Positions 40,210-48,579 of a stretch of DNA of 61,911 nt are shown here, piece after piece (the first letter of the stretch is position 1; each line of letters begins with the position of its first letter). Under the pieces are notes generated by a model. The model was not told where the DNA came from. It ran no database searches and saw only the letters and a program-made list of their open reading frames with translations. Origin of the DNA: Pseudomonadota bacterium. Lineage in GTDB: Bacteria > Pseudomonadota > Alphaproteobacteria > Sphingomonadales > Sphingomonadaceae. The stretch spans positions 1 through 61,911 of the forward strand of contig JBDLVD010000001.1 in the NCBI GenBank assembly GCA_039804965.1, written 5' to 3'. A program made the translations under genes and the position numbers.

Positions 40210-40261
40210 CACCCATGCACTAGGCCGGGCAAGAGGCGGCATCAACCGCCGAAGGCATGGA

Positions 40262-40651
40262 TCAGATCTTGCGCACCTTGGCGGGATCGCCGAGCGGATC
40301 GCCCGCGAGGTAGTTGCGGGTGTAGCGCGGGCTTTCAAAACTGGCTGCTTCGCCCGCGTTGGGCGCACGCACCAGCTTGGGGTCGATTTCTTCGAGAAAG
40401 GCGATGCCGAAGCGGTCTTCCTGCTTCCATGCCACCGAACCATCCACCCAGCCGATATTGCGCAAGTCCACCGAAACGCGCGAACCCCGCGTCACTCTGG
40501 ACGCCACCTTGGTATCGCCTTCGGCCATCATGCCGCCGGCGGACAGGTTGCGGACCTTGACGCGGTAATCCTCTTCCCGGCCATCCACGCGAACGCGGGC
40601 GAGCAGGAACAGGCTGTCGCGGTTGACCTGGCGGGTATCGACGTTGCTCAT
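40262..40651 (-). CDS. Stand-alone PilZ-domain protein
   Basis: RQVNR (RxxxR) and NLSAGG ((D/N)xSxxG) c-di-GMP motifs; GIAF. Confidence 0.9.
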   Translation of the reverse strand: MSNVDTRQVNRDSLFLLARVRVDGREEDYRVKVRNLSAGGMMAEGDTKVASRVTRGSRVSVDLRNIGWVDGSVAWKQEDRFGIAFLEEIDPKLVRAPNAGEAASFESPRYTRNYLAGDPLGDPAKVRKI

Positions 40652-40795
40652 CGGTCGACGTGGAACCTCGGTTTTCGGCTGTTTCCAGCCTTCGTTGCTG
40701 ATCGGGTCACTTTGCCCGCGACAGCACTAACCAGAGGTAAACGCGCTATTAGGATCTGGAAACCGTCCCGATCAGGGACAGTTTCCAAGGCCGTA

Positions 40796-41254
40796 TCAAT
40801 CGTCGCGGGAAATCTTCTCGCGCCGTTCGTGGGCCTGCTGGGCTTCCACCGTCATGGTAGCGATAGGGCGGGCGATCAGGCGGTTGATGCCGATCGGTTC
40901 GCCCGTCACTTCGCACCAGCCATATTCGCCTTCATCGATCCGGCGCAGCGCGGAATCGATCTTGGCGATCAGCTTGCGCTGGCGATCGCGGGTGCGCAGT
41001 TCGATGCCCCAATCGGTTTCGCTGGATGCACGATCGTTCAGATCGGGTTCGCGGATCGGGCCATCCTGCAACGATTGCAGGGTGCCTTCCGAAGCGCTGA
41101 GGATCGATTTTTTCCATTCCAGCAACAGCACGCGGAAGTAATTCAGCTGCCGCTCCGACATGTAATCATCATTTTCGTCCGGCGCATAATCACGATCGAG
41201 AGACCGTTTCGCCTTTTCGAGAATATCAATGTCGTCACCCGAACCCGACGGCAT
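40796..41254 (-). CDS. dksA: RNA polymerase-binding protein DksA
   Basis: YMSERQL.YF, DLNDRAS (DxxDxA), YGWCEVTGEPI. Confidence 0.97.
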   Translation of the reverse strand: MPSGSGDDIDILEKAKRSLDRDYAPDENDDYMSERQLNYFRVLLLEWKKSILSASEGTLQSLQDGPIREPDLNDRASSETDWGIELRTRDRQRKLIAKIDSALRRIDEGEYGWCEVTGEPIGINRLIARPIATMTVEAQQAHERREKISRDD

Positions 41255-41445
41255 GAGCAGACTCCGAATCTGTTGCCGGAAGACCGGCGCATGGACGCCG
41301 CCAACCGTTCCTGCCGAGCATCAGGCAGGATGTCGCGGCCTATAGTGGCAGCAGAATTTCGGCACAAGCGGGATGTATCCCGGTGCACATAGGCGGTCCG
41401 ATAAGGGACATTACCCTTCGCTGCGCTGAACAAAGTATCAATGCC

Positions 41446-41463
41446 GTTAACTATTTTTTGACC
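41446..41463. promoter_or_regulatory. Putative CtrA box upstream of the Sel1-like gene
   Basis: GTTAA-ctatttt-TTGACC. Confidence 0.55.
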
Positions 41464-41528
41464 GTGATCGTCAAAAGTCCTGATCGAAGCCCGGAACATT
41501 GGGGACCGAGGCAACAGGGGTAACGATC

Positions 41529-41861
41529 ATGGACTATACCAGGATCGACGAATTCGTGAAAATCCGGCCGGCTGACGAAAGTGCCGCCGATCTGCAACTG
41601 GCATCCAGTCTGGCCGCGGCCGCTGCGGGTGACATGACTGCCTGCTTCGATCTGGGGGTGGCCTTTTCCACCGGCAGCCACGGGGTGGAATGCGATCTTG
41701 TCGAAGCCCACAAGTGGTTCAACCTCGCAGCAGTGGGGCGCCATGAAGAAGCCGCTGGTTGCCGCGCCGATATTGCGGAAGACATGACCGCCCGCGAAAT
41801 CGCCGAAGCCCAACGCCGTGCGCGCGAATGGCTGATACTGGACCGCCGCCGCGCCGCCTGA
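41529..41861 (+). CDS. Small Sel1-repeat protein
   Basis: FDLGVAFSTG.HGV..DLVEAHKWFNLAA..G, EMT..EIAEAQRRAREW. Confidence 0.88.
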   Translation: MDYTRIDEFVKIRPADESAADLQLASSLAAAAAGDMTACFDLGVAFSTGSHGVECDLVEAHKWFNLAAVGRHEEAAGCRADIAEDMTAREIAEAQRRAREWLILDRRRAA

Positions 41862-41864
41862 AAT

Positions 41865-43001
41865 CTAGGCTTTCCGAAACGGCGCCCGCTGGCGCAGCAG
41901 CAAGCTGTCCTGCGCAACGCCTTGTCGTTCGCGTTCGAGAAAATCCGCCACCGCCGCCCAGAAACCGGCATCGGCGATCCAGTGCATCGAACAGGTCTGA
42001 ACCGGTTCATATCCGCGGGCCAGCTTGTGCCCTCCCTGCGCACCAGCTTCCACCCGCTGCAATCCGCGCGCGATCGCAATGTCGATCGCCTGATAATAAC
42101 ATAGCTCGAAATGCAGGAACGGCCGGTCCACCAGACAGCCCCAGTACCTGCCATACAGCGCCTCATCGCCGATGAAGTTCAGCGCTCCGGCAATCGGCAA
42201 GTCATCGGCATAGGCCAGCAGCAGCACGATCCGGTCTGCCATCCGTTCGCCCAGCAAATCGAAGGTTTCGCGCGTCAGGTAGGGCGTGCCCCATTTGCGC
42301 GCGCCGGTATCCTGATAGAACAGCCAGAAGGCATCCCAGTGTTCAGCCTTCAGGTCCGGGCCGGTCAGAGCGCGGATTTTTACCCCGTCCTGCGCTGCGG
42401 CACGTTCCTTGCGGATGTCCTTGCGCTTGCGGCTGGAAAGCTCGCCAAGGAACTGGCCGAAATTGGCATAGCCGCGATTGGTCCAGTGGAACTGGATATC
42501 GCGGCGCGCCAGCCACCCCGCCTGTTCGAACAGCACCTGTTGGGCGGGTTCGATGAAAGTCGCATGGGCGCTCGACAACCCGTTGCGGCGGCACAGCATT
42601 TCTGCGGCACGCAACAAGGGCGTGGCAAAGGCTGGATCGGCCAGCAGCAGGCGTGGCCCGGTTGCAGGCGTGAAGGGCACTGAAATCTGCAGCTTGGGGT
42701 AGTAATCCCCACCGGCGCGCTGCCACGCATCGGCCCAGGCGTAATCGAACACATATTCGCCTTGGCTGTGGTCCTTCAGATAGGCCGGCATCGCCCCCAG
42801 CAACGCGCCCGTGGCATCTTCAAGCAGCAGCGGCGCGGGCGACCAGCCGGTGCCGGGCCCGACGCTGCCCGAATCTTCCAGCGCCGTCAGGAACGCATGC
42901 GATGTGAAGGGATTGCCACCGCCCGCCAGCCGGTCCCACTCCTCCGCCGCGACCGACCCTACCGAAGGGGCAATCCGTGCTGTGAGTTCTCCATCGGTCA
43001 T
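41865..43001 (-). CDS. FemAB-like GNAT protein (DUF482/COG3146)
   Basis: YLK.HSQGEYVFD, YYPKL, PFTPATG, YGRYWG, HFELCYYQ, EAGAQG.HKLARG. Confidence 0.92.
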   Translation of the reverse strand: MTDGELTARIAPSVGSVAAEEWDRLAGGGNPFTSHAFLTALEDSGSVGPGTGWSPAPLLLEDATGALLGAMPAYLKDHSQGEYVFDYAWADAWQRAGGDYYPKLQISVPFTPATGPRLLLADPAFATPLLRAAEMLCRRNGLSSAHATFIEPAQQVLFEQAGWLARRDIQFHWTNRGYANFGQFLGELSSRKRKDIRKERAAAQDGVKIRALTGPDLKAEHWDAFWLFYQDTGARKWGTPYLTRETFDLLGERMADRIVLLLAYADDLPIAGALNFIGDEALYGRYWGCLVDRPFLHFELCYYQAIDIAIARGLQRVEAGAQGGHKLARGYEPVQTCSMHWIADAGFWAAVADFLERERQGVAQDSLLLRQRAPFRKA

Positions 43002-43030
43002 CGCGCGGCAAGATAGGTGCGGGCGCGCGC

Positions 43031-43795
43031 TTACGCGAGCCCTTCGCCTTCCGCGATCGCTGAATCGGCGCAGGCAGCAGCACGTTCGAGCAACGCAGCA
43101 GAATTGACGGTCCACGTCAGCAGCGGCAGGCCCCGTGCCCGCTGCGCCGCAGGAAAGGCGCCGGGCAGATCGCGAATGTCGTATGCAAGGAAATCGGGCC
43201 CGGCCTGCCACAGCATCCGATGCCGCCGCACCCTGCCGGAAAGCGTGCGGGCACCTTCTTCCGTCATAACCAGCCCGCGCATGATCTGCGGGGCGATCCG
43301 CCGGAACCACTGGCAAACGCGCGGATCGAAACTCATCACTGCGTGATCGCCGGCATACCCTTCCAGCTCGCGCCGGACGGCGAGGCACAGCGCCGCAACC
43401 GAGCGCGCCGGATCGGCCTTCACTTCAATCAGCAACGGCACCTTGCCCGCCACCTGCTGCAACAGATCGCGTAAGGTGGGGATGCAATCCGCACTGCCGC
43501 GCAAGGGCGTGGCGGTGATCGTGGCAACGTCCAGATCGGCCAATGAACCAGTTGCCGCAGTCAGCCGGTCAAGCTGCTCGTCATGGAACACAATAGCCCG
43601 GCCGTCGCGGCTTTTGCGAACGTCGCATTCTATGCCGTATCCGCCGGCAATGGCGGCGGCGAAAGCAGAGGGGGAATTTTCCACCCGCCCCTGCCCGTGC
43701 AGCCCGCGGTGAGCGAACGTACGCGACAGGAGCCACCGGACCCGTTGCGGGTCCGGCGCAGGCGCTTTCAGCCGATCAACGATCCGCCAAGGCAA
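43031..43795 (-). CDS. Glycerophosphodiester phosphodiesterase family protein
   Basis: AHRG, ENS, IECDV, VFHD, IEVK, MSFD, WTV. Confidence 0.92.
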   Translation of the reverse strand: MPWRIVDRLKAPAPDPQRVRWLLSRTFAHRGLHGQGRVENSPSAFAAAIAGGYGIECDVRKSRDGRAIVFHDEQLDRLTAATGSLADLDVATITATPLRGSADCIPTLRDLLQQVAGKVPLLIEVKADPARSVAALCLAVRRELEGYAGDHAVMSFDPRVCQWFRRIAPQIMRGLVMTEEGARTLSGRVRRHRMLWQAGPDFLAYDIRDLPGAFPAAQRARGLPLLTWTVNSAALLERAAACADSAIAEGEGLA

Positions 43796-44240
43796 AGATC
43801 GCGTCCACCTCTACCGCCGCACCCAGCGGCAGTTCAGGCACGCCAACGGCGCTGCGGGCATGGCGGCCATTATCGCCAAACACGCTGACCATCAGGTCCG
43901 ACGCGCCATTGGCAACCTTGGGCTGATCGGTGAAACCATCGGCGGAAGCGATGAACGCGCCCAGCTTCACCACCCGGGCAACCTGTTCGAAAGCGATGCC
44001 GGCTGCGTCCAGCTGCGCCAGGATCATCAGCCCGCAGGCCTGCGCTGCTTCCGCGCCCTGTTCCAGCGTGACGGTTGCGCCCAGCTTGCCCTTGACCAGT
44101 TCACCGCCGACGAACGGCAACTGGCCCGAAACATAGGCCATGCCCCCCGCGATCACGACGGGGACATAGCTGGCCACGGGGGCTGCAGCCTGAGGCAGGG
44201 TGACGCCCTGACGGGCGAGTTCTTCGCGAATGGTGCTCAT
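43776..44240 (-). CDS. RidA/YjgF family protein
   Basis: YVP, SGQLP, VANGASD, HARSAVGV..LP. Confidence 0.92.
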   Translation of the reverse strand: MSTIREELARQGVTLPQAAAPVASYVPVVIAGGMAYVSGQLPFVGGELVKGKLGATVTLEQGAEAAQACGLMILAQLDAAGIAFEQVARVVKLGAFIASADGFTDQPKVANGASDLMVSVFGDNGRHARSAVGVPELPLGAAVEVDAIFALADR

Positions 44241-44866
44241 GGTTTGTCCCCATGCAATGTTTCCAGCAGCCACGGCAAGGCCTCGTGCCACGAATCGATC
44301 CGCGCATGGGCATGGCCTGCAACGTGGGCGCAAGGTACGTGCGCCGCGATTGCCGGTTCCCCGCACAGGTGCAGGCGGCTGATCGAAGGTACATCTTCGG
44401 CAGCGGAATGATGGTGCTGGGCCAGATCGTCGATGAATACCGCCCGGCTGGGTGTGAACTGTTCGACGATCCGTTTCAACGCCGGCCCTTTCGGCCCCTG
44501 ATTGGTAAAGACCTGCATCGCCATGCCGTGGCCAGCCAGCTGGAGGGTGCGGGCTGCATTGTAGCGATCATGCAGATTGGTCAGCACCACCACGTCCGCA
44601 TCGTGCGACAGTTCGGCGATTGCCGCTGCTGCGCCTTCGATCTGCGTCTGCCGATCGAACTGGCTGTCGAAGAACTGGTCGAGCAGCAGCCACTTGTCGT
44701 CCAGCGGCATGTCTTCGGCACTGCCGGGCCGCCGCATCGGCTGCGCGAAAGGATTGCCGTCCAGCCGGAATGCGATGCCGTGTTCTTCGCCCACCCAATC
44801 GCGGAAGTGACGGACCATGTGCAGCAGCACTTCATCGCAATCGGTGACAACCAGCGGGCGGTTCAT
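44237..44866 (-). CDS. HAD-superfamily hydrolase
   Basis: TDCDEVL (DxD), LTN, K, FIDD. Confidence 0.85.
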   Translation of the reverse strand: MNRPLVVTDCDEVLLHMVRHFRDWVGEEHGIAFRLDGNPFAQPMRRPGSAEDMPLDDKWLLLDQFFDSQFDRQTQIEGAAAAIAELSHDADVVVLTNLHDRYNAARTLQLAGHGMAMQVFTNQGPKGPALKRIVEQFTPSRAVFIDDLAQHHHSAAEDVPSISRLHLCGEPAIAAHVPCAHVAGHAHARIDSWHEALPWLLETLHGDKP

Positions 44867-45171
44867 TGATCCAGTTCCTGCAAGGCGCCGGCAAAGTCGG
44901 CGCATTCGATGTCCAGCGCCTCTGCCGCGGCCACCAGATCCGGTTCGTGGGCGCAGAGGAAATCGAGCACCGCGCGGTGGGTTCCCGATTCGGCCAAGGC
45001 TGCGCGCAACCCGTCCGGCGTCAAACCCGTCAGCCCCAGAAAGCGTTCCGCGCGGGGGCCATCGGACAGGATCCAGCCGAGGGCGGCGAGGGCCAGCCCT
45101 GAGGCATCGTTAGGCGAATCTTTACGTCGCTTAATAATTGTAAGCCCCTGGTTCTGGAGGTATGGGACCAC
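44863..45171 (-). CDS. DUF3572-family protein (start uncertain)
   Basis: LAL.ALGWIL....RFL.LTGLTP..LR, AVLDFL...E; stop codon overlaps the HAD start. Confidence 0.8.
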   Translation of the reverse strand: MVPYLQNQGLTIIKRRKDSPNDASGLALAALGWILSDGPRAERFLGLTGLTPDGLRAALAESGTHRAVLDFLCAHEPDLVAAAEALDIECADFAGALQELDQ

Positions 45172-45211
45172 TAGGGGATCTTCCGGATGTGCGGAAGAAT
45201 TCGGGGGCGCA

Positions 45212-45577
45212 ATGGCAAAGAGAATACTCGTTGTCGAGGACAACGACCTCAACCGTAAACTGTTCTGTCACGTGCTGCAGGCCGGGGGTTTCGACGTCGA
45301 ACCGGTAGCCGACGGGAATCACGCGATCGAGCGTGCCCGCAGCTTTATCCCCAATCTGGTGGTGATGGACATCCAGTTGCAGGACATTTCCGGGCTGGAC
45401 CTGATCGCCAGCCTGAAAGGCGATGCAGTGCTGGCCGATGTGCCGGTGCTGGCGGTGACCGCCTATGCCGGCAAGGGCGACGAACAGCGCATCCGCGATG
45501 TCGGGGCGGAAGCCTATCTGGCCAAACCCGTTTCGATCGGCCCGTTCATGGCCGCGGTGCGCGAACTGGTTGGCTGA
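45212..45577 (+). CDS. divK: Single-domain response regulator, DivK-like
   Basis: ILVVEDN.LN.KLF, MDIQL..ISGL, AVTAYA.KGDE.RIR, YLAKP; divergent from DUF3572. Confidence 0.85.
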   Translation: MAKRILVVEDNDLNRKLFCHVLQAGGFDVEPVADGNHAIERARSFIPNLVVMDIQLQDISGLDLIASLKGDAVLADVPVLAVTAYAGKGDEQRIRDVGAEAYLAKPVSIGPFMAAVRELVG

Positions 45578-45708
45578 ATCGGTCGATTTGGCTGGGGACT
45601 GTCCACCCCGAACCCGCGCATTTGCTTGACAACAGGGCCTGCGCGCCGCTTTTCCCGCAAGAGCAATTGCCGGCGGCCCACCGCCCGCGGGAACACAGGA
45701 CGACAATC

Positions 45709-45951
45709 ATGGATCGCGCCGAAACCGACAGCCGCATCCGCGCGCTGGCCGAACCCTTCAACAAGAAGGGCATCGCCATTGCCGACGCCACCACTTTCGC
45801 TGGCGATCTGGAATTCGACAGCCTGACGGTGATGGATTTCGTCGCCGCCATCGAAGACGAATTCGACATCATCATCAGCATGAACCAGCAGGCCGAGATC
45901 GAAAACTGGGGCAATCTGGTCGATGCCGTGTGCAAGCTGGCGGGCGAGTAA
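45709..45951 (+). CDS. Acyl carrier protein dedicated to sphingolipid synthesis
   Basis: DLEFDSL phosphopantetheine site; directly upstream of spt. Confidence 0.92.
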   Translation: MDRAETDSRIRALAEPFNKKGIAIADATTFAGDLEFDSLTVMDFVAAIEDEFDIIISMNQQAEIENWGNLVDAVCKLAGE

Positions 45952-45957
45952 CCCGGT

Positions 45958-47208
45958 ATGAGCGAAGGTATCAGCCAAGCTGACAAGCCGCAGGCCGTCG
46001 AAGGCCATGCATCTGACCTGTTCGACAAGTTCGATCCGCTGATCGAAATGCGCGCCAACCTGCTGTCCACCGGGGTCACCGATCCGTTCGGCATGGTGAT
46101 GGAACGGGTGCTGTCGCCCACGGTGGCGATGTGCAACGGCCGCGAGACGATCCTGCTCGGCACCTATAACTACATGGGCATGACCTTCGACCCGGACGTG
46201 ATCGCGGCGGGCAAGCAGGCGCTTGACGAATTCGGCGCCGGCACCACCGGCAGCCGGGTGCTGAACGGCACCTATGCCGGGCACCGGGCGTGCGAGGATG
46301 CGCTGAAGGAATTTTACGGGATGGACCATGCGATGGTCTTTTCCACTGGCTACCAGGCCAATCTGGGCATCATCAGCACCATCGCCGGGAAGGGCGATTA
46401 CATCGTGCTCGACATCGATTCGCACGCCAGCATCTGGGATGGCTGCAAGATGGGCGATGCCGAAGTCGTGCCGTTCAAGCACAACGACATCGATGCGATG
46501 GAAAAGCGGCTGAAGCGCATTCCCGCAGGCGCCGGCAAGCTGGTGATTCTGGAAGGCGTCTATTCGATGCTGGGCGACATCGCCCCGCTGGCCGAAATGA
46601 TCCGCGTGGCCAAGGAAAACGGCGCGATGGTGCTGGTAGACGAAGCCCATTCGATGGGCTTTATCGGCCCCAACGGGCGCGGCGTGGCCGAAGCGCAGGG
46701 CGTGCTGGATCAGGTCGATTTCGTGATCGGCACCTTCTCCAAGTCGGTCGGCACGGTCGGCGGCTTCTGCGTGTCAAACCACCCGAAGTTCGAAATCATG
46801 CGGCTGGTTTGCCGCCCGTACGTTTTCACCGCCAGCCTGCCGCCGTCCGTGGTGGCGACGGCGGCCACCAGCATCCGCAAGCTGATGCACGGCGGGGCCA
46901 AGCGCGAACATCTGTGGGCCAATTCGCAGCGCCTGCATGGCGGGCTGACCGCGCTGGGCTTCAAGCTGGGCACCGACGTGCCGCAAAGCGCGATCGTGGC
47001 GGTCATCATGCCCGATCTGGAACGCGGCGCGATGATGTGGGAAGCGCTGCTGCGCGAAGGGCTTTACGTCAATCTGGCGCGCCCGCCGGCAACGCCTGCC
47101 AACATGACTTTGCTGCGCTGTTCGCTGTGCGCGGAACATACCGAAGAACAGGTCGGCGTGATCCTGGGCATGTTCGAACGCGCCGGTAAGGCCGTGGGCA
47201 TCATCTGA
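45958..47208 (+). CDS. spt: Serine palmitoyltransferase
   Basis: AOS-family PLP motifs GTYNYMG, GSRVLNG, DEAH, GTFSKS; acp-spt arrangement typical of sphingomonads. Confidence 0.92.
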   Translation: MSEGISQADKPQAVEGHASDLFDKFDPLIEMRANLLSTGVTDPFGMVMERVLSPTVAMCNGRETILLGTYNYMGMTFDPDVIAAGKQALDEFGAGTTGSRVLNGTYAGHRACEDALKEFYGMDHAMVFSTGYQANLGIISTIAGKGDYIVLDIDSHASIWDGCKMGDAEVVPFKHNDIDAMEKRLKRIPAGAGKLVILEGVYSMLGDIAPLAEMIRVAKENGAMVLVDEAHSMGFIGPNGRGVAEAQGVLDQVDFVIGTFSKSVGTVGGFCVSNHPKFEIMRLVCRPYVFTASLPPSVVATAATSIRKLMHGGAKREHLWANSQRLHGGLTALGFKLGTDVPQSAIVAVIMPDLERGAMMWEALLREGLYVNLARPPATPANMTLLRCSLCAEHTEEQVGVILGMFERAGKAVGII

Positions 47209-47220
47209 CGCCCATACGAT

Positions 47221-47892
47221 TCAGGCGGTGGCGGATGCCGGTGCAACAGCCGGTGCCGCCGCCGCAATCTGCGCTGCCGCTTCACAAACGCCGGAGGCCT
47301 TGCCCTTGCCCCCGCCCACCAGCGTGAGCGCGAGGAAACCCGCCACCACCAGTACGACGAACCCGGCGGTAACCAGCCCCAGGTACTTGTCGATGAACGC
47401 CTTGATCGGCGCGCCGAACAGGCGGAACAGCAGCCCCACGATCATGAAGCTGATCGAGCGTGACACGATGCTGGCCAGCACGAACGTGCCGAAATTCATG
47501 CCGATGAACCCGGCGGTGATCGTCAGCAGCTTGAACGGGATCGGCGTGGCGCCCTTGATCATGATGATTTCGGCGCCGTATTGCCGCAAATAACAGGCGG
47601 CCACGGGGAAACTGTGCGTCAGGCCCAGCCAGCCCAGCAGCTGCGTGCCGATGGTATCGTACAACCCCCACCCGATCGCATAGCCGAGCATCCCGCCGGC
47701 CACAGAGGCCAGCGTGGCGACGGCGGCAAAGCGGATCGCCTTCCTCGGTTCCGCCAGACACATCAGCCCCAGCAACGGATGCGGCGGCACCGGAAAGAAG
47801 CTCGCTTCCATGAAAGCGAACAGCGCCAGCCAACCGGAAGCATGGGGGTGGGCGGCCTTGGCCAGAGTCCAGTCGTAAAGCTTGCGGAGCAT
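47221..47892 (-). CDS. YqaA/DedA-family membrane protein
   Basis: F.EASFFPVPP, ASVAGG..GY, TPIPFKLLTI.AG. Confidence 0.9.
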   Translation of the reverse strand: MLRKLYDWTLAKAAHPHASGWLALFAFMEASFFPVPPHPLLGLMCLAEPRKAIRFAAVATLASVAGGMLGYAIGWGLYDTIGTQLLGWLGLTHSFPVAACYLRQYGAEIIMIKGATPIPFKLLTITAGFIGMNFGTFVLASIVSRSISFMIVGLLFRLFGAPIKAFIDKYLGLVTAGFVVLVVAGFLALTLVGGGKGKASGVCEAAAQIAAAAPAVAPASATA

Positions 47893-47978
47893 AGTCACCT
47901 CTGGCTGCGTCGCCCCGCAGTAAGCGAGGGCCGGGGTTCGCGCAAGTAACGCCAAATAACCATTTCGGCACTTTATGA

Positions 47979-48007
47979 TTGACATCGCGACGCTGTTTGG
48001 TTAGAGA
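47979..48007 (+). promoter_or_regulatory. Putative sigma70 promoter of the GTA operon
   Basis: TTGACA-N17-TAGAGA about 65 nt before the terS start. Confidence 0.6.
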
Positions 48008-48072
48008 ACAGGAACATCGCGATAAAGCGAGTCGGGGCCTCGACCTCAGGCTTCCATCCCGAGGAAATCCAT

Positions 48073-48579
48073 ATGCATGATGCCGGTGCCGATGCCGGAC
48101 GAGGCGCGCTGCCGGCGCGTCGGCGTTTCGGCGCGCCACGCAACTGGCGTGATACCTTCATCGCCGTTCTGGGAGAAACATCCAACGTCAGTGCCGCCGC
48201 CCGCGCCGCCGCCATCAGTCTCAGCTGGGTCTACAAGACCCGGCGCGAAGATCCGGATTTTGCCCGCCGCTGGTTCGCCGCGCTGAGCGAAGGGTACGAC
48301 AATCTGGAACTGGAACTGCTCTATCGCCTGCGCACTGGGCTGGTGGAAGAAGTCGACGCGCAAGGATCGAAACGCAAGTTCGACATCGCCACCGGGCTGA
48401 AGATCCTGCTGGCCCATCGCCAGACCGTCAGCCGTGAAAAGGCCCGCGATTGCCCGGAAGACGAGGCCGAAATCCTCGCCGGGATCAACGCCAAGATCGA
48501 CCAGATGCGGGCGCGGGAAAAGGAAATGACCAGCACCCTGGCCGCAGGTAACGGCGATTTCGCGGACGATGCGGAGTGA
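48073..48579 (+). CDS. Small terminase subunit (GTA g1-like)
   Basis: HTH-like FIAVLGETSNVSAAARAA..S..WVYK.R..DPDFA..W; coupled to terL. Confidence 0.75.
   Translation: MHDAGADAGRGALPARRRFGAPRNWRDTFIAVLGETSNVSAAARAAAISLSWVYKTRREDPDFARRWFAALSEGYDNLELELLYRLRTGLVEEVDAQGSKRKFDIATGLKILLAHRQTVSREKARDCPEDEAEILAGINAKIDQMRAREKEMTSTLAAGNGDFADDAE

Noticed and set aside
47995-48026. LexA (SOS) box at the GTA promoter
   Set aside because: The GAAC copies are 2 nt apart, not the alphaproteobacterial GAAC-N7-GAAC spacing
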